Assembly: GCA_964457775.1 (NCBI GenBank)
Contig: CAYWEW010000008.1
Location: 1-58,786, forward strand
DNA length: 58,786 bases
Direction: 5' to 3'
Origin: an uncultured Candidatus Saccharibacteria bacterium
GTDB taxonomy: Bacteria > Patescibacteriota > Minisyncoccia > Phycocordibacterales > UBA5272
Positions 52,182 to 58,786 of the stretch are shown piece after piece. Made by a program: the position numbers and the translations under genes. Under the pieces are notes generated by a model, which worked only from the letters and a program-made list of their open reading frames with translations, had not been told where the DNA came from and did not search any database. Every line of letters begins with the position of its first letter. The stretch's first letter is position 1.

Positions 52182-53999
52182 TTACAATCCCTTTGATTGA
52201 GCAACTTCATCCTTCATTTGCTTTATTTTAAGTAATTGTGAAGGGTCACTAGTGATAATTTGATCTTCGGTGTAAGATGCTACAACTTTAATAGCCACGT
52301 GTTTTAATCCTGCGAAGAATATCCCCTCCCCAACACCAGATTCAAGTAACAAGAACTTTTCTTCATTAGTTAAGTTAAAAGTTTTTTGAACAATATCAAT
52401 AGACGAAGGAGATTGCTTTAAAAGAAGCTGAATTGAGGAGTTGGTGATAATAGGTAAACCATATGGTGATTTTAGGAAATCTCCCACATCTTGAGTAATA
52501 GTTGCGAGACCGAGATAATATTTTCTTCCACGTTTTGCAAGACCAAACAAGAAAGATGCCGTATCGTCATTCTTCATCATAATCCACGCCTCATCCACAA
52601 TAAGTAAACGCTTCTTGATATTCTTTCTAACAGCATTCCAAATATAATGAGTAATAATATACATTGCCACCGGCTTAAGTTCATCTTCCATATCACGAAT
52701 AGAAAAACAAACCAGTTTTTTATTTATATCAACATTCGATGGTTTGTTAATAAACCCAGACCACGTCCCTTTCGTATATTTTGACAAACGCAATACCAAA
52801 TCCTCAGAACCATCAATCCCACCTAGTACCATTTCGAAATCAGAAAGTAGTGGTGGTTCTAGTTTTGTAAAATCTGATTCACCGTTAATATCCTTCAAGG
52901 CATATGTTTCTGTAATTGCTTGGTCGACAATTGCATCTTCTTCAGGACTAAGACCCCCCAACATAACACGCAATAGTCCCACTAAGTTAACGATGTTTGA
53001 ACGAAGAACTTCCGATGGAGATTCGTCTGCTGTTGGATGTGGTAAATCAAAAGGATTGATATGGTGTTCACTGGTTAGAGAAATATCAAAATATCTTCCA
53101 CCAACAGACTCAGCAAGGAATTCATATTCTCTTTCTGGATCGATAATTAGAACTTCTGTATCGAACATTAGTGTGCGCAAAATTTCAAGCTTTGTAAGAT
53201 AACTTTTACCAGAACCGGACTTTGCAAACACAATAGAGTTATAGTTTTCGAGTGAAAATCTATCGAACAAAATTAAACTTCCATTGTGACGATTTAGACC
53301 GTATAATATTCCTTTATCAGAAGAAAGATCGAAGGAAACAAATGGGAAGAAAGATGAAAGTGGTGACGTGTTAAGCTTGTTTTTGATGCCCAAGCTATCT
53401 TGTCCAAGAGGAATAGTAGAAAGGAACCCAGCATCTTGTTGGAAAAGTGAAGGTTTAACATAAACAAGACGACTCTCAAGAATGTTTTTCATTTCATTTT
53501 CTACTTTGTCTATCTCTGCGTCGTTCTCACCATATAAAGAAATATAAAGAGATACTTCGAACATTTTTTCTTGTGCTTGAGTAAGTCCGTCACGCAAGTC
53601 TTCTAAGTCTTGGAATGCCACATCAAGAGTTGGGTCACGAACAAGACCCTTTTCTTCACGGGTCATAATCTGACTCTCCACCTCAGCAACTTTTCTTTGA
53701 AATGTTTTCATTACCTCCCCTGTGTTTAGTGGTGTAATATGAATGGCAATATCAAAAACCTTGTCTAAGTTAACAATAGGAGAAAGCCAATTGTCAGTTA
53801 AAAATCTTGGATATTGAATAACAAAATATGAGCGTACAACAACCGTACCCAAGTTGAGCCCCTTAGGAGATATGCCAAGAGCACTCGGTGCAATAACGTC
53901 CTTCAATTGCATCTCAGCAATTTTGTACACCTGTTCTGGTAGAACTGCGGTTACAGGTGAAGCTGGTTTATTTGAGTTTAAAAAGTCGAATAGTCCCAT
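52182..53999 (-). CDS. virB4: VirB4/TrbE/PrgJ-family type IV secretion ATPase
   Basis: 605 aa. Walker A FAKSGSGKSYLTK, Walker B LLIVDEAW, TQ...D sensor block (LATITQDVGDF). Confidence 0.85.
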   Translation of the reverse strand: MGLFDFLNSNKPASPVTAVLPEQVYKIAEMQLKDVIAPSALGISPKGLNLGTVVVRSYFVIQYPRFLTDNWLSPIVNLDKVFDIAIHITPLNTGEVMKTFQRKVAEVESQIMTREEKGLVRDPTLDVAFQDLEDLRDGLTQAQEKMFEVSLYISLYGENDAEIDKVENEMKNILESRLVYVKPSLFQQDAGFLSTIPLGQDSLGIKNKLNTSPLSSFFPFVSFDLSSDKGILYGLNRHNGSLILFDRFSLENYNSIVFAKSGSGKSYLTKLEILRTLMFDTEVLIIDPEREYEFLAESVGGRYFDISLTSEHHINPFDLPHPTADESPSEVLRSNIVNLVGLLRVMLGGLSPEEDAIVDQAITETYALKDINGESDFTKLEPPLLSDFEMVLGGIDGSEDLVLRLSKYTKGTWSGFINKPSNVDINKKLVCFSIRDMEDELKPVAMYIITHYIWNAVRKNIKKRLLIVDEAWIMMKNDDTASFLFGLAKRGRKYYLGLATITQDVGDFLKSPYGLPIITNSSIQLLLKQSPSSIDIVQKTFNLTNEEKFLLLESGVGEGIFFAGLKHVAIKVVASYTEDQIITSDPSQLLKIKQMKDEVAQSKGL

Positions 54000-54000
54000 A

Positions 54001-54639
54001 TTATGATTGTGCCACTTTAGGAGCCTCTCTATTTTGCTCGCTAGGATTAAATAATTTATAAAAAAGCTCCACCACTTCCTCAGTTCCTAATTTTTGTGCA
54101 CGTAATCCAAACCTCGATAGTCCTTGCATTACTGTCGATACACGTTGTTCTAATTGTATACGAGAAGCATCGAACGAGGAAAGGCTTTCTTTAGAAGTAG
54201 AGTCTTTACTACTAAAAGAGGAAAGAAGTGATGAATTATTGTTATTACCTACAACTTGGAAATAAGGGATGGTTATAAAGAAATGTTTTGTCATAATATT
54301 ACTTTCTTCTGTGAATTTGGTAATAAAGGCAATATATTCGTGTATTTGTATTTTTAGAAGATCTTCTTTCACTTCCTTACTACGTGTTTGGAGCAGGTCA
54401 ATGTACGGTTTTATGTTAAGTCTTCTTGATTCAACAAAAAGTTGAATATCAAAATCAAGTGAATTTAAAAATGCTTGAAATTGTACAAGAATAGCTTGTT
54501 GTTCATCTTCACTTTTAAGTGCAAGGTTAAGAGAGTTGGTTATGAGAATTGCACGTAGTTCCCCTGTTTTTAATATAACAACACCATCACGAATACGCTC
54601 GATAGGTACAAATTCCTGAGTTGCTGTTCCTTTAGCCAT
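54001..54639 (-). CDS. T4SS-associated hypothetical protein
   Basis: 212 aa. Its stop lies 1 nt before the virB4 start. EFVPIERIRDGVVILKTGELRAIL...SEDEQQAIL recalls the N-termini of conjugative ATPase partners. Confidence 0.4.
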   Translation of the reverse strand: MAKGTATQEFVPIERIRDGVVILKTGELRAILITNSLNLALKSEDEQQAILVQFQAFLNSLDFDIQLFVESRRLNIKPYIDLLQTRSKEVKEDLLKIQIHEYIAFITKFTEESNIMTKHFFITIPYFQVVGNNNNSSLLSSFSSKDSTSKESLSSFDASRIQLEQRVSTVMQGLSRFGLRAQKLGTEEVVELFYKLFNPSEQNREAPKVAQS

Positions 54640-54694
54640 ATAGATTCTAGTATAGCGTAGAAAGTTACATCTTCAATGGTAAAACTACCCTATA

Positions 54695-55132
54695 CTAATT
54701 ATTATCACCACTCTTTTTATCATGTTCAAAAACATCAAGCCCTAAAGACAAGTCGTGTATTCTATCTCTATCTGTTTTTGAAATAATCATTTGCTTGGTT
54801 GTGTCAGCAACAATTTTATCTATTTTAGAATCTTGTGTTGATGCATCTGGGTTTGGTTGTTTCCATGTGAAGACTTTTGCTCCAGTGTAGTAAGTAAATG
54901 CACTCTCAAGTAATTCTCCAAAAGATCTATTGTTATATTTAAAAAATGCTAGAGCAAGGAATAGTCCAGCAACGGGAATAATAACAATAATAGCAACGAC
55001 TTTTATTGGAATAAAAGTCCATACAATAAAAGATAACCCCCCAGCCCCAACAATATAACCAAATTGTTTAAGTGTAAGAGGGCCAATGATTTTGTCCTCC
55101 ATGTCGATGAATTGTGGTACTCGGAATTGCAT
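54695..55132 (-). CDS. PrgI/VirB3-like small membrane protein
   Basis: MQFRVPQFIDMEDKIIGPLTLKQFGYIVGAGG followed by two TM helices, the pattern of Gram-positive PrgI-type proteins. Confidence 0.55.
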   Translation of the reverse strand: MQFRVPQFIDMEDKIIGPLTLKQFGYIVGAGGLSFIVWTFIPIKVVAIIVIIPVAGLFLALAFFKYNNRSFGELLESAFTYYTGAKVFTWKQPNPDASTQDSKIDKIVADTTKQMIISKTDRDRIHDLSLGLDVFEHDKKSGDNN

Positions 55133-55156
55133 AATTCTAGTGTATCACACTAGAAC

Positions 55157-55580
55157 AAGTCGAAAGTCCACAAAGTCTGTAAAGTCAAAAGTAAATAAAT
55201 TCATAAAGTCTTAATAAAACCGGAGAGCATTTTTGAAATCTCTACGGCCTCATTATACATATTTTGAAAGTCATTTTCTGAAATGTATTTTAATTCTAGA
55301 GCAAGGTAAAGCATTGATCTGACTTCACCACACGAACCTTTTGCAATAAACAAAAAATGACTAAGTTCTCTGTCCCCTTTTCTTTCAAAACCCTCAGCTA
55401 TATTATTCATTATTGATACACTAGCTCGTTGTATTTGGTCTTTGAACCCATAATCCTTATTATTTATGAAGTGTTCGTATATACTTTTTGATAAAAGTTT
55501 TGACTTTTGCCAAGCAATTATATCTTCAAATTTTTCTATTTTCATGTACTTACTTTTGACTTTACAGACTTTTTGACTTT
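55157..55580. mobile_element. AAAGTC-iteron palindromic element carrying a four-helix-bundle gene
   Basis: Left array AAGTCGAAAGTCCACAAAGTCTGTAAAGTCAAAAGTAAA (55157-55195). Right inverted array TACTTACTTTTGACTTTACAGACTTTTTGACTTT (55547-55580). Confidence 0.5.
55201..55545 (-). CDS. four-helix-bundle protein (23S rRNA intervening-sequence protein / Avd-like family)
   Basis: 114 aa. FEDIIAWQKSKLLSKSIY...QIQRASVSIMNNIAEGFER....F..IAKGSCGEVRS. Confidence 0.8.
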   Translation of the reverse strand: MKIEKFEDIIAWQKSKLLSKSIYEHFINNKDYGFKDQIQRASVSIMNNIAEGFERKGDRELSHFLFIAKGSCGEVRSMLYLALELKYISENDFQNMYNEAVEISKMLSGFIKTL

Positions 55581-55588
55581 ATTGAATA

Positions 55589-56338
55589 TTAGTCTTCCGC
55601 CACTTCTCTATATGGATCAAGGTTGTAATGAGTTGGTGCAACACTATAGGTAGCTGTTTTTTGTACCGCAGCCACAGTTTCTTTTCCCTCTTCTCCGAAC
55701 ATAAAACTTTTAAGAGCAATATTAGAATCAAGAGTGTTAGATTCCTCAACTTTTTTAATAGAACTTATTTGTTCCTGTATATGTTTCAATCTCTGCTCAA
55801 TTTCTTCATCTTTTGGAATATTTCCTAATATTTGAAGTTGTTCAAGTAATTGTGAGCGCGAACCAGGAGTTATTACAGAGGCTTTCTTTGGCACACCAGA
55901 GGTCTGCGGGATTTTAAGCGCACTCGTCGCTTTGGTTGTGTCCATTATTTCTTTACGTAATTCGTCCGGCGTTCTCTCCCCTTTAAATTCAAGCTTGGTA
56001 ACCTCATCATCAGATTTTCCAAGAGTAATCATACGAGCTTTTTCGAAGATACTTGTTTCAAGTTCTTTTGCTACAAGTATCGCATCTTCTTCTGTAAGTT
56101 CTAATAAATCTTTAAGAGCAAGAACAACGTTCTTTGGATCAAGTGCCCCTATTAATACATAAGTTATTATGTTAGACAATATGACATATTTTCCAATAGG
56201 AATTTTATGAATTTGACCTATGGTTGATGAAGCCTCTTTTAGAGCCCCGCCTTTTATCATTGTTTTAATTTCAACAGAAGATTGTTCAAATAGTTTTTTT
56301 AATTCCTCGGTATTTGAAATAATGTATGGTGTATTCAT
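55589..56338 (-). CDS. hypothetical protein (T4SS cluster)
   Basis: 249-aa acidic, helical ORF. No motif recognised. Confidence 0.45.
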   Translation of the reverse strand: MNTPYIISNTEELKKLFEQSSVEIKTMIKGGALKEASSTIGQIHKIPIGKYVILSNIITYVLIGALDPKNVVLALKDLLELTEEDAILVAKELETSIFEKARMITLGKSDDEVTKLEFKGERTPDELRKEIMDTTKATSALKIPQTSGVPKKASVITPGSRSQLLEQLQILGNIPKDEEIEQRLKHIQEQISSIKKVEESNTLDSNIALKSFMFGEEGKETVAAVQKTATYSVAPTHYNLDPYREVAED

Positions 56339-56352
56339 ATATTAATTACATT

Positions 56353-58590
56353 TTAAAATATAGAAGCAACATCATTCGTGTGCGAATGGTTTGTCTGTGA
56401 TTGTTGGGATGAGCTTTGAGAACTGGTATTAGCTCTTTTTTGTATTTCATCAATATTTTTATCCGTATTTGTTGCTTGAGTTTGATCCTGAGCCTTAAGT
56501 TTTTGTTTCAAAGAATCAGATTGATTAGAATAGTATCTTTGTTTATCTTCATTTGTCATTTTACTATAATCTTCGAGATTCATTTTATTAACATTATCAA
56601 TATTAGTATTTATACTACTAGCTTCCAGCTCATCTCTTTTATATGCAGCATCCTTTACGTCGTCAGATTGTTTTCCATAAAAAATCTGTCTTGATTTATT
56701 GGAAAGATTATCATATTGATCTATTTTTTTATTTTCGGCCTCCGCCTTTGCTCTATCAGATTCAATCATTTGATTTTGCATAGCCTGATCTTTTTCTGTG
56801 TAAAACTTTTCTTGTTTTGCTTCCCCTGTTCTTTTATCATACGCAGCCATCTTTTTATCTTGTGCTTCCGCCTGCTCTCTATCCGCTGAAGCAAGAGCAT
56901 TACCAACCTTCTCCTTATTTTGTGCAAACCCAAGAGCTTTTGAAAACTTGTTACCACCAACCATTCCTTGACTTGCAAAAAAGTTCTGCTTTGCCTTAGC
57001 CCCATCTTCATTAGTAGTCCCGTCAGCATTTTCTGTTTTTATTCGAGCATAACGTTCCTTTCTGTCTTGTATTTTACTATCAAGCTCCTTCTCGTAGCCC
57101 ATCTTACTACCTGTTCCCATGCCACTACTTAAACCGAGTTTTTTTGCACCAGTTTGTACATAGCTAGAATTACGAGCATCGAAACTACTCTTAGCAATTG
57201 AATTAGACATATTGTAAGCATGACGTCCAAGAACACCATCTTGATTATTGGTTACCCATTTACTGTCACGTATAGAAGCTGCCGCTCTACCCATTGTTCC
57301 ACGTGCAAGCAAACCTGCTCCACCACTTGCAAGTCCAAGTGCTGCACCTCCTGCGAAACCACCTACCTTACCCATTGCATTTGTTGCCATTTGTCCGATA
57401 CCACCTGCAGTTTCTTTTGTAATCTTGAGCATGATGTGTAACATAATAAGCATCATTGCTAAATTAAAGAACTCTACAACAGTAGCATCAGCAGTCCCGC
57501 TTCCTGATTTCGCTGCTCCACCAAATATACCTAAAAATTTTAGAGTAAGAGCAAGCATAATCATAAACACCGGCCCAACAGCAAGTTGCTCAAAGAATAT
57601 TTTACGCAACTTAACTGCCTCATCCCCCAGTCTCGGTATAACGCTATCAATAAAAAGTATAGGTGATGCAATAATTATAAATACAAGAGCAATAGTTCTC
57701 ATTAATATAATACCCGTTATCATAAAAAATATATAAGCTGCATATAATACAAAAACAACAGCCATAAGTGCACCAGGTATACTACTAATACTAGTTACCA
57801 TACTTGTGCTGATGCCGGTCGATTCCTTTGTTGCACTAAGCATAAGACCACCTAGTCCTAAGTTGGTCATTATTAATGAACCAGCATTACTATTACCTGT
57901 TCCTGTTAAAGCATCATTTCCAACGGCACTTGCGTAAATGTTAAGTGATACTACATTAGATATATCAACAGCAGTTCTTACTAGTGGATATGAAAAGTTA
58001 ACGAATAGTGCGAATATTACAACCCAAGGAATATACTTTTCAAAAGTCTCATCTTTACCAATTATATACATGAGCCCAAGCCAAAGACCCGCAAACACCA
58101 CGAACAGTGAAACTATTTGTCTTACCACAATCCATATTGGATAAAGAGTATCTGGTGCCCAACTTTTAAAATCAAGTATACCTACTTGAATAGCATAGTT
58201 AATCATATTAGCCGAAATCCACACCAAGAAACCTGCAATCTCAAGTAAAGTAATTTTAATTATATTTGATATCAAACAATTCCACCCAGCTAAAGTCAAA
58301 AGACTTTCCGAACAAGATGGTTTGACACCACCAGGCGGACCTGATGTTCCTACTGGTTTTGCTCCTGCACTAATCAAAGCATCTGTTGTCGCACTTCCAG
58401 CAACTTGCTGCTGGTCTAAACTAAGATCAGCTGCAGGTGCGTTTGAGGCAGGGTCATTATCATCTACACAACCAGTACCACTCATCATTTGTCCACTTGG
58501 ACACGGATATTCTTGAGCGAAACTTTTATTTGGTACCAAAAACAAGCTAAAACATAGAAATACGACAAAAATTAGCCCGAGCTTTTTCAT
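56353..58590 (-). CDS. VirB6/TrbL-like polytopic membrane protein with long Lys/Glu/Gln/Asp-rich C-terminal tail
   Basis: 745 aa: signal peptide, Cys-containing N-terminal segment, about 6-7 TM helices (aa 90-430), then about 300 aa of low-complexity charged sequence. Confidence 0.55.
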   Translation of the reverse strand: MKKLGLIFVVFLCFSLFLVPNKSFAQEYPCPSGQMMSGTGCVDDNDPASNAPAADLSLDQQQVAGSATTDALISAGAKPVGTSGPPGGVKPSCSESLLTLAGWNCLISNIIKITLLEIAGFLVWISANMINYAIQVGILDFKSWAPDTLYPIWIVVRQIVSLFVVFAGLWLGLMYIIGKDETFEKYIPWVVIFALFVNFSYPLVRTAVDISNVVSLNIYASAVGNDALTGTGNSNAGSLIMTNLGLGGLMLSATKESTGISTSMVTSISSIPGALMAVVFVLYAAYIFFMITGIILMRTIALVFIIIASPILFIDSVIPRLGDEAVKLRKIFFEQLAVGPVFMIMLALTLKFLGIFGGAAKSGSGTADATVVEFFNLAMMLIMLHIMLKITKETAGGIGQMATNAMGKVGGFAGGAALGLASGGAGLLARGTMGRAAASIRDSKWVTNNQDGVLGRHAYNMSNSIAKSSFDARNSSYVQTGAKKLGLSSGMGTGSKMGYEKELDSKIQDRKERYARIKTENADGTTNEDGAKAKQNFFASQGMVGGNKFSKALGFAQNKEKVGNALASADREQAEAQDKKMAAYDKRTGEAKQEKFYTEKDQAMQNQMIESDRAKAEAENKKIDQYDNLSNKSRQIFYGKQSDDVKDAAYKRDELEASSINTNIDNVNKMNLEDYSKMTNEDKQRYYSNQSDSLKQKLKAQDQTQATNTDKNIDEIQKRANTSSQSSSQQSQTNHSHTNDVASIF

Positions 58591-58631
58591 GTGTTTAGTT
58601 TACCATAAGATACAGCATTGTAATGTTAGTA

Positions 58632-58725
58632 GTTAGGGAGTTATTCGTTAGGAAATACATGGTGCAATAAAGGGAAATTCACGATGCAAATTTCCCTTTA
58701 GTTCCTAACAAATAACTTTCCTAAC
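58632..58725. repeat. long imperfect inverted repeat upstream of the T4SS cluster
   Basis: GTTAGGGAGTTATTCGTTAGGAA (58632-54) pairs with TTCCTAACAAATAACTTTCCTAAC (58702-25). Inner hairpin AAAGGGAAATT / AATTTCCCTTT. Confidence 0.6.
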
Positions 58726-58786
58726 GACCTGACTAATTCCCGTAGTAATACACCGGCCTATCCCTCTCAACAATTGCAGCCTTCAC

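Noticed and set aside
54001-54639. The 212-aa ORF as a frameshifted N-terminus of VirB4
   Set aside because: The 605-aa VirB4 ORF has its own plausible N-terminal region and start codon. The two ORFs are separated by a clean stop and start 1 nt apart, so I treat them as separate, coupled genes.
55201-55545. Four-helix-bundle gene as the Avd component of a diversity-generating retroelement
   Set aside because: There is no reverse transcriptase ORF and no template/variable repeat pair with adenine-specific mismatches in the window. The only long repeat (285 bp) is essentially identical.

Overview
AT-rich, gene-dense bacterial chromosome segment. It spans the replication-origin neighbourhood: dnaN, an oriC-like spacer with DnaA boxes, dnaA, then divergent rpmH-rnpA-yidC. 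Gene content suggests a small-genome, fermentative, Patescibacteria/CPR-like organism, but that is inference only. The relevant genes are phosphoketolase plus acetate kinase, a short MetK behind a SAM-I riboswitch, a PilB-type ATPase, PBP1A, ruvABC/ruvX, and many small membrane or secreted hypotheticals.

I support about 70 CDS, 6 tRNAs, 1 riboswitch, several intrinsic terminators and several repeat families.

Five things stand out:
1. Structured 150-250 bp modules sit directly behind 5 of the 6 tRNA genes. Their two ends are an inverted and a direct copy of that tRNA's own 3' end. They share a conserved core and show compensatory stem changes.
2. A palindromic intergenic element family is built from AAAGTC/GACTTT iterons with a GTCGAAAGTC end. 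It occurs empty three times. Twice it encloses a cargo gene: a four-helix-bundle (23S rRNA IVS-type) protein inserted in a secretion operon, and a truncated RhuM-like gene.
3. A ~430 nt highly structured intergenic region lies between pilB and ruvB. It has pseudoknot topology and no CDS.
4. A 10.7 kb minimal type IV secretion-like cluster abuts yidC and is transcribed toward the origin. It has VirB6/TrbL-like, PrgI/VirB3-like and VirB4 genes, plus two cell-wall hydrolases that share a near-identical 285 bp membrane module.
5. Gene-decay signatures are present: a glutaredoxin-like gene frameshifted in a homopolymer, a DUF1295 remnant and a RhuM remnant.

No CRISPR array, integrase, transposase or reverse transcriptase ORF was seen.
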